Origin: Armatimonadota bacterium
GTDB lineage: Bacteria; Armatimonadota; UBA5829; DSUL01
DNA length: 64,000 nt
Direction of reading: 5' to 3'
Assembly: GCA_039811685.1 (NCBI GenBank)
Contig: JBDHZC010000004.1
Span: forward strand, 32,001 to 96,000
Below are positions 1 to 10,022 of the stretch, piece by piece. The translations under genes were made by a program, and so were the position numbers. The notes under the pieces were generated by a model. That model ran no database searches. It was not told the origin of the DNA and saw only the letters and a list, made by a program, of their open reading frames with translations. Each line of letters starts with the position of its first letter. Positions within the stretch are counted from its first letter, which is position 1.

Positions 1-669
1 GGCGGTCTTCAAAAGGGCCTGGAGAGCGTCCGCGCCGATACTGGCGTCTGTGGTGAGAAAGCAGAACATCGTGGCCATGTTCGGCTCTATCATCCCGCTG
101 CCTTTTGCGATTGCTCCTATACGCACGGTCCCTGCGGATACGGCCACTTCCACCGACTGATGCTTCATTACCAGATCGGTAGTCATAATCGCTTCCGCAG
201 CCTTCAGGCCACCGTCCTCCGACAACTGCGCCGCAGCCTCCTGAATGCCCGCCCTCACATTTTGCATCGGGAGCAGCTCGCCTATGATGCCGGTCGAGGC
301 CCCAAGAGCGCTGTGGGTGGGCAGATTAAGGGCCGACTCTGTCAAAGTGCACAGCTCGACAGCGTCTTTGTGACCCTGCGAACCGGTAAAAGCGTTAGCG
401 TTACCGCTGTTGACGACGATAGCTTGGGCAGTTCCCTGTGCGATACGCTGGCGATTGATGTCCACGCAGGCCGCCCGGACCTGGTTGGTTGTCAGCACTC
501 CAGCGACGGTTGCGGGTTCGTCACTGGCAATTATGGCCAGGTCGAGCTTTCCAGAACGCTTTATGCCGCAGCGAACCCCTGACGCCCGGAAGCCCCGGGG
601 AAAAGTAACTGAATCTCCTGTCACGTTGAAGGTGTCAGGCGCCTCAGGCGATTTGTCCGTCTGCCTCAT
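1..669 (-). CDS. argJ: Glutamate N-acetyltransferase / ornithine acetyltransferase ArgJ (3' end runs off the window)
   Basis: Manual translation from ATG at 669 gives MRQTDKS...GFRASGVRCGIKRSGKLDLA...GNANAFTG...AKGSGMIEPNMATMFCFLTTDA; directly downstream of argC. Confidence 0.95.
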   Translation of the reverse strand, partial: MRQTDKSPEAPDTFNVTGDSVTFPRGFRASGVRCGIKRSGKLDLAIIASDEPATVAGVLTTNQVRAACVDINRQRIAQGTAQAIVVNSGNANAFTGSQGHKDAVELCTLTESALNLPTHSALGASTGIIGELLPMQNVRAGIQEAAAQLSEDGGLKAAEAIMTTDLVMKHQSVEVAVSAGTVRIGAIAKGSGMIEPNMATMFCFLTTDASIGADALQALLKTA

Positions 670-670
670 C

Positions 671-1720
671 CTAAGGGTACACTGCCGGGAAGTTCAGCCC
701 CGCATTCTCATCGAGTCCGAACATGAGGTTCATATTTTGGATAGCCTGTCCAGAGGCTCCCTTGACAAGATTGTCAATGACTGAGAGCACTACCAGCCGC
801 CGCGTGCGCTCTACCAGCACCGGCGCAATCAGGCAGTAATTCGATCCGAGGACGTGCTTGGTTTCTGGTAATGCGCCGGCTGGAAGAATCCGCACAAAAG
901 GCGCATCCTGATAGAAGTCTTCGTAAGCGAGCCGCACGTCTTCCTCGTCCGCCCCTTCGGCCAGTTCGGCGTAGATCGTGGTGAATATTCCTCGGGTCAT
1001 CGGCGCCAGATGGGGCGTAAACGTCACCGTGACAGCTTCACCCGCCAGTCCGCTCAACTCCTGCTCTATCTCAGGTGTATGCCGGTGCCCGTTCACTCCG
1101 TAAGCTCTGAAGTTCTGTTCAATCTCGCCGTACAGATAAGCCGGCTCGGTGCGGGAGCGCCCGGCGCCTGAAACACCTGATGCGCTGTTGATCACAATAT
1201 TGCCAGTCTCAATCCAGCGTCCCGCCACCGCCGGGGCCAGTGCCAGAATCGCCGAAGTCGGATAGCATCCCGGATTCGCGACAAGCCTCGCCTGCCTGAT
1301 ACCCTCGTGATGAAGCTCCGGTAGCCCGTAGACAGCCTCTCCAAGAAGCATCTGTGCATCATGCGGCATCCGGTAGTACTTCTCCCAGATATCTGGAGAC
1401 TCCAGGCGAAAATCGGCGGCGACGTCCACAACCTTGCATCCGGCCTCCAGAAGCCGCCCTGCATGCTTCATCGCCCAGCCGTTACCGCGTGCCAGAAAGA
1501 CGACGTCGCAACACTCTGCCGCTTCTTCCGGATCAAAGGCTTTCAGAGTGATGTCAGCATAGCCTGTGAGGTGTGGATAAACCGTGGATAGGAGCTGGCC
1601 GTCCTGAGACTCACTGCTGAGATAGGCAAGGCTGGCATTGGGATGAAGCGAGAGCAGACGGACTAACTCGACGCCCGCGTACCCTGTCGCTCCGACAACG
1701 CCGATTCGAATGTCTGCCAA
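671..1720 (-). CDS. argC: N-acetyl-gamma-glutamyl-phosphate reductase
   Basis: GATGYAG Rossmann motif, ANPGCYPT, SGVSGAG, DNLVKGASGQA; TTG start with AAGGAGG RBS. Confidence 0.97.
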   Translation of the reverse strand: MADIRIGVVGATGYAGVELVRLLSLHPNASLAYLSSESQDGQLLSTVYPHLTGYADITLKAFDPEEAAECCDVVFLARGNGWAMKHAGRLLEAGCKVVDVAADFRLESPDIWEKYYRMPHDAQMLLGEAVYGLPELHHEGIRQARLVANPGCYPTSAILALAPAVAGRWIETGNIVINSASGVSGAGRSRTEPAYLYGEIEQNFRAYGVNGHRHTPEIEQELSGLAGEAVTVTFTPHLAPMTRGIFTTIYAELAEGADEEDVRLAYEDFYQDAPFVRILPAGALPETKHVLGSNYCLIAPVLVERTRRLVVLSVIDNLVKGASGQAIQNMNLMFGLDENAGLNFPAVYP

Positions 1721-1846
1721 ATCTCAGCCTCCTTACAAGTAAAAACCTTTGGACTTTTGATTATACCTGTAAGCTCGAACGCTCTGCCAACCAACACGAG
1801 TTCAACGTTTCACAACAAGAGGCCTTGAGGCTACCGGGGATAAATG

Positions 1847-1913
1847 TAAAACGGCGCGGAGATCGCTTTGGCAGGGGATGACCGCGCCGTCAAGCTCACC
1901 TGGGAGGTGAACG
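1847..1913 (-). ncRNA. Candidate ~70-nt small RNA with two hairpins, the second terminator-like
   Basis: Minus strand: hairpin GTTCACCT-CCC-AGGTGAGC, then stem ACGGCGCGG/CCGCGCCGT followed by TTT; preceded by its own promoter. Confidence 0.45.
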
Positions 1914-1918
1914 CGGAT

Positions 1919-1947
1919 ACTTTACACGTAATCAAACAGAATTGCAA
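1919..1947 (-). promoter_or_regulatory. Sigma70-type promoter
   Basis: Minus strand TTGCAA-N17-TAAAGT. Confidence 0.55.
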
Positions 1948-2185
1948 GCTTTGTTACAAAATCTCTTGAATAAATAATAACCTGACACAATCGACCGATG
2001 GACTCCACTTTTTACCCCCGCTGATCGCCAGCGGACAAGCTCTTCAAATCCATGCCGGCGCCTGCTTAGTCACGCCCGTCCGGCTACCGATCTCATCACC
2101 CGCACCTTCAGGCCAACAGATCCTTCTCAACTACCAGGCGACGGGGCAGGGTTTCCCGAATGCAGTCGCTAAGTCTGTGGACACT

Positions 2186-3430
2186 ATGCGATCTGTAATA
2201 TTCAAACCCGCCACCGTGAGCTCTGCGTTGCTGATCGTTTTCTTTCTGAGCGTTTCAGCGCACAGCGCTATGTCTCAGTTCATCCAGGACCGCTTTGCCA
2301 TAGGTTTCTGGGTTGCGCCGCCAGCCGAAGAGACGACGCCGACGCGCTACAAGGAGATTGCAGACGCTAACTTCACGGTTGTGCTGGGTGGTTTTGGCCA
2401 GGATGCCGCAAAACAGATCGCACTTTGCGAACGCTATGGACTCAAAGCTCTCGTCAAGTCTGAAGGGCCAGTCGAAAAATGGCCGGATGGGGATGCGTGC
2501 TGGGGTTATATGCTGGTGGACGAACCTGGCGCTGGCGCTTTCCCCGGGTTGGCCAAACTCTGTGATGAGATCGAAAAGACGCATCCGGGCCGCTTCGGTT
2601 ACGTCAACCTGTTTCCAAATTACGCCCCGGCCTGGGCGCTCCAGACACCAGACTACGACTCGCACGTGCGCGAGTTTGTGAAACAAGTCCATCCGCGTGT
2701 GCTGTGCATGGATCACTATCCTCTGATGCGGCCTGAGGGTGACACCAGGCAGGCTTATCTCGACAATCTCGCAACGATGCGCAAGTATTCGCTGCTCGCC
2801 CGCATTCCTTTCTGGAATTTCTTCTACTCCATGCCGTTTAACGACCGTCTTGACCCAACGGAAGCCCAGATTCGGTGGCAGATTTTCGCGTCTGTGGCGT
2901 ACGGGGCGAAAGGTGTGCTCTACTTCTGCTACTGGACGCCTGGCAAAGGAGCCAAGGGGGCGGGTGAGTTTCCCAAAGGCGGCGCCATCCTCACGGCGGA
3001 AGGTTTGCGCACACGTCACTGGGATGAAGCGCGGCGTATCAACAGTGAGCTCAAAGCGATGGGGTCCACCCTTATGGATCTCACAAGCACGGGCGTTCAC
3101 CGCATCACTGCGGAGACAGACACAGCAAAGGAGCTGTCCGGCTCCGGGCTGAAGTCCATCTCCATCGTTCCCGGTGATCCGCCGGCGGACTACCTTATCG
3201 GCGCATTCAAAGACCGGAAAGGGCGCAGGGCGGTCTTGCTGCAGAACTACAACTACTCCTACACGGCGTGGCCGACTGTGGTGTTCGACGCTGATCCTGG
3301 CAAGGTACTGGAAGTCAACAAGGCGACTGGAAAACTGACGCCGGTGGTGGATGACAGTCCTGAACTGGAAGGATTGCAGCTTTCGCTGGGGGCTGGGGAC
3401 GGGCGTCTGTTCGTGCTCGCCGCAGAGTAG
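2186..3430 (+). CDS. Secreted glycoside-hydrolase-like (TIM barrel) protein
   Basis: Signal peptide (...VSAHSA); GYMLVDEP, YVNLFPNY, MDHYP, YGAKGVLYFCYW motifs resembling clan GH-A/GH42-like hypothetical proteins. Confidence 0.6.
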   Translation: MRSVIFKPATVSSALLIVFFLSVSAHSAMSQFIQDRFAIGFWVAPPAEETTPTRYKEIADANFTVVLGGFGQDAAKQIALCERYGLKALVKSEGPVEKWPDGDACWGYMLVDEPGAGAFPGLAKLCDEIEKTHPGRFGYVNLFPNYAPAWALQTPDYDSHVREFVKQVHPRVLCMDHYPLMRPEGDTRQAYLDNLATMRKYSLLARIPFWNFFYSMPFNDRLDPTEAQIRWQIFASVAYGAKGVLYFCYWTPGKGAKGAGEFPKGGAILTAEGLRTRHWDEARRINSELKAMGSTLMDLTSTGVHRITAETDTAKELSGSGLKSISIVPGDPPADYLIGAFKDRKGRRAVLLQNYNYSYTAWPTVVFDADPGKVLEVNKATGKLTPVVDDSPELEGLQLSLGAGDGRLFVLAAE

Positions 3431-3445
3431 TCCAGAGCGGAGTCT

Positions 3446-4276
3446 TCAGGCAGGCTCACTCTGGCCGCGGGGATTACTGCGTTTCAGTTCGGCGCGCAGG
3501 ATGTCAAGAAACGGCTCTCGCGCGTGCCTTTCCAGCCACGGAGCGTGCCCACACTTCTCCAAAAGGATGAACCGAAAGTCGCCTAACCGGCTGGACAATG
3601 GTTCGCGAACGCCCTCAGCGGGATGGGGGTCGTAGTCTCCGTGAATGGCTACTACCGGGCACCGCACCTGACCGGCCAGCCCCAGTAGCTCTCCGTTTGC
3701 TCTGAGGTGACTGGCTTCTGACATCAGCTTGCCGAAAACGCCTGGCTGTAGCCCGAACTGCAAGTCCTGGGCTGCGGGAAACTCGGGAGGAAGAGCGTCA
3801 AAGACATCCGTCTGGGCCACCAGTCTTCCGAGCTCTTGAAGTATCTCGGCGTCGTTCACTTCCGGATTGTCCAGTAGCCGCATAAGGGTGCCGTAGCGTT
3901 GCCTGCTGTCTTCAGACAATCGCGACAGACGAGTTGGAAGGATAGACTGCGCGTACTGCGGCTCGAATGGCCCCGCTCCTATCAAAATCACCTTGCCGAT
4001 CTGTCCAGGGTGCAGCGCCGCCGTGAGCATCGCAAGCCAGGCTCCCCACGAGTGTCCAATGAGCGTGACCGGGACCTCTGCATGCGCTCGAAGAACCTCA
4101 CTCAGATCAAGCACCTGAGACCCTAGCGTATCCCCTGTCACCAGTGGTTCCAGAATACCACCGTCACGAGACAGCTCGCGCGCCACCGCAGCCATCTCGC
4201 CACAGGCGCCGGGGCCGCCATGTACGACCGCGCATTCGTAGGGTGGGTGTCCGTATTTCCGGGGATTGTCCACCAT
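3446..4276 (-). CDS. Alpha/beta hydrolase
   Basis: HGGPG oxyanion motif, GHSWG nucleophile elbow, HGDYD and GH near the C-terminus; AGGAG RBS before ATG 4276. Confidence 0.9.
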   Translation of the reverse strand: MVDNPRKYGHPPYECAVVHGGPGACGEMAAVARELSRDGGILEPLVTGDTLGSQVLDLSEVLRAHAEVPVTLIGHSWGAWLAMLTAALHPGQIGKVILIGAGPFEPQYAQSILPTRLSRLSEDSRQRYGTLMRLLDNPEVNDAEILQELGRLVAQTDVFDALPPEFPAAQDLQFGLQPGVFGKLMSEASHLRANGELLGLAGQVRCPVVAIHGDYDPHPAEGVREPLSSRLGDFRFILLEKCGHAPWLERHAREPFLDILRAELKRSNPRGQSEPA

Positions 4277-4396
4277 AGCTCCTTTCTCCTGTGACGTTGA
4301 AACGTAGAAGGCGTCAGAGATCAAAGACTACTATACTGGAGTTACACGCAGCTTGCCCGTCGGCGAGATGGGTATGAAAGGGTGAAGGAGTCTGCA

Positions 4397-4996
4397 ATGA
4401 AAATTGTTGTTGTTGGCGCAACAGGTACGATTGGCGCTGAAGTCTGCGCCTGTCTCAATGAAAAGCACGAGGTCATTCGCGCGTCCCGCACCACCTCAGA
4501 CTATCACGTGGACATCTCATCTCCGGAGTCTATCAAGGCGTTCTTCGCAAGTATTGCGCCGTTTGACGCAGTGATCAGCGTGGCTGGCGATGCCAGATTC
4601 AAGGGGTTGTCTGTTCTGGAAGACCAAGACTTTGAGTTCTCGCTGCACAACAAGCTCATGGGGCAAGTGAATCTAGTGCGGTTTGGTTTGGAACACGTGA
4701 CGCACGGGGGATCGTTCACTCTCACCAGCGGAGTCCTCGCAAGGGAGCCGATGGCCGGCAGCGCGGCTATCAGCCTGGTCAATGCCGGTATCGAAGGATT
4801 CGTGCGGGCGGCGGCGCTGGAAGCGCCGCGCGGTATCCGTGTCAACGCGGTCAGCCCTCCCTGGGTGACAGAGACGCTGAAGGCGATGGGCATGGATATC
4901 TCCGGAGGAATGGCTGCCGCTGGTGTTGCGCGCGCGTACGTTCGTTCAGTAGAGGGAGACCTCACGGGTCACATAATCGACCCTCGAAAGCTCTAA
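4397..4996 (+). CDS. Short-chain dehydrogenase (short, atypical SDR)
   Basis: GATGTIG, KLMGQVNLV, GIRVNAVSP. Confidence 0.9.
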   Translation: MKIVVVGATGTIGAEVCACLNEKHEVIRASRTTSDYHVDISSPESIKAFFASIAPFDAVISVAGDARFKGLSVLEDQDFEFSLHNKLMGQVNLVRFGLEHVTHGGSFTLTSGVLAREPMAGSAAISLVNAGIEGFVRAAALEAPRGIRVNAVSPPWVTETLKAMGMDISGGMAAAGVARAYVRSVEGDLTGHIIDPRKL

Positions 4997-6774
4997 TCGC
5001 TGTCTTCCGGCAGATAAATCACTTCCAGGTGCAACTCTTCCAACTGTCTGGCGTCCACCGTTGAAGGGGCGCCTGTCATTGGGTCCAGCCCGCCGCCCAT
5101 CTTCGGAAATGCGATGACTTCGCGGATGTTGTCGTCACCTGTCAGGTAGGTTATCAGCCGGTCAATCCCGGGCGCAATACCGCCGTGAGGCGGAGCTCCG
5201 AGCGAAAATGCTTCCAGCATATGCCCGAACTGCTCATCAATTTGTTCATCAGAGTATCCCAGCTTGCGCAGGATAGCCCGCTGCAGGTCAGGCTTGTGGA
5301 TTCGAATTGAGCCACTCGCCCATTCCGATCCGTTGCACGCCAGGTCGTAGCAGAACGACCGCATCGCAGCCGGATCAGACTCAATCAAGTCCACATGCTC
5401 GGGGTGGGGCATGGCAAATGGATTGTGCGCAAACGTCCACCGGTTGTTCTCCTCATCCCACTCAAACACTGGAAAGTCCACAATCCAACAAAACGCAAGC
5501 AGGTTCGGATCGGCCAACTGTTGTCGCTCGCCGATTTCGCGTCGCAGGCGGTCCAGAGCTTTGGCCACTGTGAGCGGCGTATCGGCAATGAACGCGATCA
5601 GGTCGCCGGCGCTTGCATCTGTGGCGGCTAGGAGACTGGCGATTTCTGCCTCGCTCAGAAACTTTGCGATTGGCGAGCGGACAGAGCCGTTCTCCTCCAC
5701 GATGAGATAAGCCATGCCTTTAGCGCCAGCCTCTTTGGCTATAGCCGTCAGATCGTCAATCTCTTTGCGAGACAAGGCGCCGCCGCCGGGATAGCGAACG
5801 GCCTTCACCTGGCCACCGCTCTCCAGCGCGTTCTTGAACACGCCGAACTCTGTGCCCAGCAATATCTGCGCGCAGTCTACCAGTTCCAGACCGAAGCGCA
5901 CGTCTGGCTTGTCAGTTCCAAAACGGCGCATCGCCTCATCGTAGGTGAATCGCGGAAAAGGCTTGATGAGCTTCTTGTCCGACAACGCTTCAACAACATC
6001 TATCGTCATTCCCTCGACGATTCCCAGGATATCCTCCTGTTCAACAAAGCTCATTTCCAGATCGAGCTGCGTGAACTCCGGCTGGCGATCCGCTCTCTGC
6101 GCTTCGTCGCGGAAGCATTTTGCAATCTGGAAGTACTTCTCGACTCCGGCAACCATTAGAAGCTGCTTGAACTGCTGAGGGGCCTGCGGAAGCGCGTAGA
6201 AGAGACCGGGTTGCAGGCGGTAAGGCACAAGATAGTCGCGAGCGCCTTCCGGCGTACTGCGCGTCATGATGGGAGTCTCGACCTCTATAAATCCCTGTTC
6301 GTACATGTAAGCCCGGATGCGCTTCACGACTTCGTGCCGCAGCTTCAGCTTGTGGAACATGGCAGGGCGCCGCAGATCAAGATAACGGTACTTCAGGCGC
6401 AACTCTTCGTTGACCGCCGTATCCTGGTCCACCTGAAACGGCAGCACTTTGGTGGTGTTAAGAATCTCGACATCGCTGACCTCCAGTTCCACCTCGCCAG
6501 TTGGGATCCTGGGGTTTTCAGTGCCTTCAGGACGCTGCCGCACCCGGCCTGTCAGTGCCAGTACTGTCTCATTTTTAATGTGTTGGGCGACCGAGTGCGC
6601 GCTTGGCGCGGCGTCGGGGTCAATGACTGTCTGGACAAGGCCGGTACGGTCGCGCAAGTCAACAAAGATCAACCCACCGTGGTCGCGGACGCTGTGCGCC
6701 CATCCATTGAGCGTCACTGTCTTCCCAATGTCGCTTGCCCGCAAATTCCCGCAATAAACCGTTCTTTTCAGCAT
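4993..6774 (-). CDS. aspS: Aspartate-tRNA ligase, probably non-discriminating
   Basis: RDHGGLIFVDLRD, STPEGARDY, FRDE...RQPEFTQLD, GAPPHGGIAPGIDR; start taken at MLKRTVYCG. Confidence 0.97.
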   Translation of the reverse strand: MLKRTVYCGNLRASDIGKTVTLNGWAHSVRDHGGLIFVDLRDRTGLVQTVIDPDAAPSAHSVAQHIKNETVLALTGRVRQRPEGTENPRIPTGEVELEVSDVEILNTTKVLPFQVDQDTAVNEELRLKYRYLDLRRPAMFHKLKLRHEVVKRIRAYMYEQGFIEVETPIMTRSTPEGARDYLVPYRLQPGLFYALPQAPQQFKQLLMVAGVEKYFQIAKCFRDEAQRADRQPEFTQLDLEMSFVEQEDILGIVEGMTIDVVEALSDKKLIKPFPRFTYDEAMRRFGTDKPDVRFGLELVDCAQILLGTEFGVFKNALESGGQVKAVRYPGGGALSRKEIDDLTAIAKEAGAKGMAYLIVEENGSVRSPIAKFLSEAEIASLLAATDASAGDLIAFIADTPLTVAKALDRLRREIGERQQLADPNLLAFCWIVDFPVFEWDEENNRWTFAHNPFAMPHPEHVDLIESDPAAMRSFCYDLACNGSEWASGSIRIHKPDLQRAILRKLGYSDEQIDEQFGHMLEAFSLGAPPHGGIAPGIDRLITYLTGDDNIREVIAFPKMGGGLDPMTGAPSTVDARQLEELHLEVIYLPEDSD

Positions 6775-6811
6775 CCAGTCTGTGTCTTTCCGCAGTTGTA
6801 GCTCTCTGGCA

Positions 6812-8104
6812 TCACGCCGCTTCGATCTCTCCTGATTCACTTGTGGAGAGATAGTCCTGAATCATCTCTGCGCAGTTCTGCAGGGGTAGCCGCCACTGGT
6901 GCTGAGCTATCAGGTCCCGGGCGCTCACCTGTCCCGAGGCCAGCTCATCGTCTCCCAGCAGAAGCGCCAGCCTCGCGCCGGACTTGTCCGCCCGCTTCAT
7001 CTGCGCCTTCATGCTCTTGCCGCCATAGTCCATTTCGGCTGGCACTCCCAACTCCTGCAGGCGGGCCGCCAGCGCAAGCCCCGGAACTTGCGCTTTCTCC
7101 CCCAGCCGTACCACGAATACAACCGGGTGCGGCCGGACGCCGATTTTGGCAGATCGCGAGTCGAGCACGGTCAGAAGCCGCTCCACACCCATCGCCATGC
7201 CCACAGCAGGAGTCGCAGGGCCGCCGATCTCTTCCACGAGGTTGTCATAGCGCCCGCCGCCACAGATGGCATCCTGAGCGCCGAGCGCCTGGTCAGTAAA
7301 CTCGAACGCCGTCCTGGTGTAGTAGTCAAATCCACGCACCAGCCTGGGGTCAATCTCGTAGCTCAGCCCAAGCGCATCAAGAGCTTCTCTCACACGCTGG
7401 AAATGGAGCGCAGACTCTTCATCCAGATAATCCTGGAGTCTCGGGACGTTTTCTGTGAGCGCGCGGCACTCCGGATTCTTGCAGTCCAGCATGCGCAGTG
7501 GGTTCTTCTCATAGCGCGTCTGGCAGCTTCCGCACAGCTTTTGCAGATACGGCTCCACGCTTCCCTTGAGCGCTTCCACGTAAAGAGTCCGGGAATCAAC
7601 AGTCCCGACGGAGTTGAGTCTTATGGCAAAGGGCGCAGCGCCGGTTTGCTCCAGAAAGCGAGCAGTCAGCGCAATGACCTCCGCATCCAGCGTCGGGTCG
7701 TCACTGCCGATGGCCTCCAACCCGAACTGATCAAACTGGCGGTAGCGCCCCGCCTGTGGGCGTTCGTAGCGGTACATGCTGCCGATATAGAACAGCTTGC
7801 TTGGCAGCCCGTGCGCGCCAATGTTGTTCTCGACCCACGCCCTGACAACCGGCGCGGTGCCCTCCGGCCGAAGCGTCAGATCACGTCCTGACCTGTCCTG
7901 AAAGCTGTACATCTCCTTGGAGACAACATCCGTCACCTCTCCGATAGAGCGAGTGAATAGCTCTGTCTCTTCAAACGTGGGTGTGCGAATCTCACCAAAT
8001 CCGGCCAGCCGACAGACCTCGCGAAACTTGTGTTCCACGGCCTGCCACCGCCAGGTCTCAGATGGAAGTATGTCTTTTGTTCCTCTTGGAGCTTTGTAGT
8101 GCAT
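6812..8104 (-). CDS. hisS: Histidine-tRNA ligase
   Basis: PRGTKD, LRPEGTA, RYERPQAGRYRQF, LVRGFDYY, GGGRYD. Confidence 0.97.
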   Translation of the reverse strand: MHYKAPRGTKDILPSETWRWQAVEHKFREVCRLAGFGEIRTPTFEETELFTRSIGEVTDVVSKEMYSFQDRSGRDLTLRPEGTAPVVRAWVENNIGAHGLPSKLFYIGSMYRYERPQAGRYRQFDQFGLEAIGSDDPTLDAEVIALTARFLEQTGAAPFAIRLNSVGTVDSRTLYVEALKGSVEPYLQKLCGSCQTRYEKNPLRMLDCKNPECRALTENVPRLQDYLDEESALHFQRVREALDALGLSYEIDPRLVRGFDYYTRTAFEFTDQALGAQDAICGGGRYDNLVEEIGGPATPAVGMAMGVERLLTVLDSRSAKIGVRPHPVVFVVRLGEKAQVPGLALAARLQELGVPAEMDYGGKSMKAQMKRADKSGARLALLLGDDELASGQVSARDLIAQHQWRLPLQNCAEMIQDYLSTSESGEIEAA

Positions 8105-8278
8105 GCGCTGCTTTGTATTCGTGATCTGGCGGCTCGTCTCGATTGCTCACGCCGACTTGCAGGCGAGGCCCTGTCGGCCTTGACAGCGGAAGCCATGGGG
8201 AGAACCCACTCTGCTGACGCTCTCGCTTGGCGCCGGCAGACGGAGCGATTCCAGCTCACCCGACTGCCGCCGGGGATG

Positions 8279-8950
8279 TCAGCCTTTCGGTGTCTCTTTT
8301 GCCGGCTTCTCCCCTTCCATCAGCACCTTCGTCATTTTGTCGCCAACCTTAATCTTGGGGAGGACGTCCAGCCCCTCAGTGACTTCACCAAAGCAGGCAT
8401 AGCCGCTGTTCAGATGAGGCGCTGGACCCAGAGTGATGAAAAACTGACTGGATGCGCTGTCAGGCGCCTGGGAGCGAGCCATTCCAAGCATTCCGGCCTT
8501 GTTGAAGTTGTGTTTGGAGTTGATTTCCAGCTTGATCGTCTTGCCGGACCCTCCCATTCCATTGCCTTGCGGGTCTCCACCCTGGATGACAAATCCCGGC
8601 TCCACGCGGTGCCACGTCAGCCCGTTGTAAAACCCGCGGTCTGTCAGCTCAATAAAATTTTTGGTCGTAACCGGCATTTCGTCGGTGAATAACTTCGCCT
8701 TGATCGTGCCTTTGTTCGTTTCGATAATCACCACTGGCTGCTTGCTTTTATCCTTCTTAGTGTCTGTCGGCTTCTCGTTGGCCGGCCTGGGTTGCTCTGC
8801 CTTTTGTTCAGTTTTCTGCTCGGGCGGCGGCTCTTCTTCCGCGTGCTGCCCGGGCGCTGACGGCGCCATAAGCCTGTTCAGCCCGACAAATACGGCGATC
8901 GCCGCAACAATACCGAGGACAAGAATGATGCTGGGAGGACGTTTCTGCAT
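8279..8950 (-). CDS. Membrane-anchored cyclophilin-type peptidyl-prolyl isomerase
   Basis: N-terminal TM helix; FYNGLTWHRVEPGFVIQGGDP, MARSQ...SASSQFFI. Confidence 0.93.
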   Translation of the reverse strand: MQKRPPSIILVLGIVAAIAVFVGLNRLMAPSAPGQHAEEEPPPEQKTEQKAEQPRPANEKPTDTKKDKSKQPVVIIETNKGTIKAKLFTDEMPVTTKNFIELTDRGFYNGLTWHRVEPGFVIQGGDPQGNGMGGSGKTIKLEINSKHNFNKAGMLGMARSQAPDSASSQFFITLGPAPHLNSGYACFGEVTEGLDVLPKIKVGDKMTKVLMEGEKPAKETPKG

Positions 8951-9032
8951 TGCTGTGCTCTCCTTGTCAAATATCTGCCGGAACCTGCGAAAAGCCGGTC
9001 AATGTGACTTTATCTTATCTCAAATCTCAGCC

Positions 9033-9914
9033 TCACGGGTATTGCGCTCTCTTTAGAAATGCGAAAACGTATCGAGAGACGCGCTCGCTGTCATTGTACG
9101 GCGACAGATGATCGCCGCCAGACAACCACCGCAACTGCGAATGCGGGATCAGACGGTGGAGCTCCAGCGCGTGATACGGCCGGACGATTCTGTCCTGAGT
9201 GGCTCCGAGAATCAGCACCGGGCAGCCGTTCAGGCGTAGAGCCAAAGATTCTGAGTCAAGCTGTGCTGCGCTGCGAAAAAGCGCTACTGTGGCCTTACGG
9301 TCAGCCCTGTCTGCGCCTTCAGCAATCATTTTCCATGCACGGTATTTTCGGTTGGACAGCCCAACAGTTGACAACCGGGCCAGCCGCGCCGACGCCCACA
9401 TGAGCCAGCTCATTAGAGTGGCAGCCTTCCCGGATTTGAGCGCTTTCGCCCACAGTGGCAAGTGTGTTGCGTCCGCTGGGCTCGAAATAAGCACTACTGC
9501 TCCGCATAGCCCGGGGTGCTCTGCCGCGAGCGCCATGGCGATCACGCCACCCAGAGAGTGACCGACAACTGCGTCCACTGATCCCTTGCACTGCCCCCGC
9601 ACAAACTCCGCCAGCGCAAGCACGGCATTTGAAATCGACGCCTCTTCCGTAAATGGCCCTGAGTGACCGTGTCCTGGAAGATCGGGAGCCCACACCTGCG
9701 CCTGTCTGCCAAGAGTCTGAACCAGTGGAACGCCGGTTGTTGAAGCGGAGTATGACCCGTGAATGTACAGCAGTCTGCGCGCTCCAGCGCCTGTGTACGC
9801 GAAAGCCAGCCTGTAGTCGCCTGTGCCTCGCTCACTCATCAGTACGGCCGGGTGCGCCTGCGCATTCGAAGTATTCGAGTCTCTGTGCTCAGTCGTCTTA
9901 TCGCCCTTCGCCAT
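9033..9914 (-). CDS. Alpha/beta hydrolase
   Basis: IHG, DLPGHG, GHSLGG, catalytic D and H positions. Confidence 0.88.
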   Translation of the reverse strand: MAKGDKTTEHRDSNTSNAQAHPAVLMSERGTGDYRLAFAYTGAGARRLLYIHGSYSASTTGVPLVQTLGRQAQVWAPDLPGHGHSGPFTEEASISNAVLALAEFVRGQCKGSVDAVVGHSLGGVIAMALAAEHPGLCGAVVLISSPADATHLPLWAKALKSGKAATLMSWLMWASARLARLSTVGLSNRKYRAWKMIAEGADRADRKATVALFRSAAQLDSESLALRLNGCPVLILGATQDRIVRPYHALELHRLIPHSQLRWLSGGDHLSPYNDSERVSRYVFAFLKRAQYP

Positions 9915-10022
9915 ATCCAGGTCACTCTCCGCCGTATTGTATACCGCGTCCTAACACAGTAGATAACTTAGAGCTAAAGCTTCAGCGCATTGTGGACGTT
10001 ATTCTCCAGTGGAGGACGCGTG

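Noticed and set aside
1967..1980. ARG-box-like TGAATAAATAATAA
   Set aside because: Single imperfect copy about 250 bp from argC in AT-rich DNA; not supportable
9974..10002. Sigma28-like promoter before the flagellar rod gene
   Set aside because: TAAAG is present but the -10 element is too far from GCCGATAA
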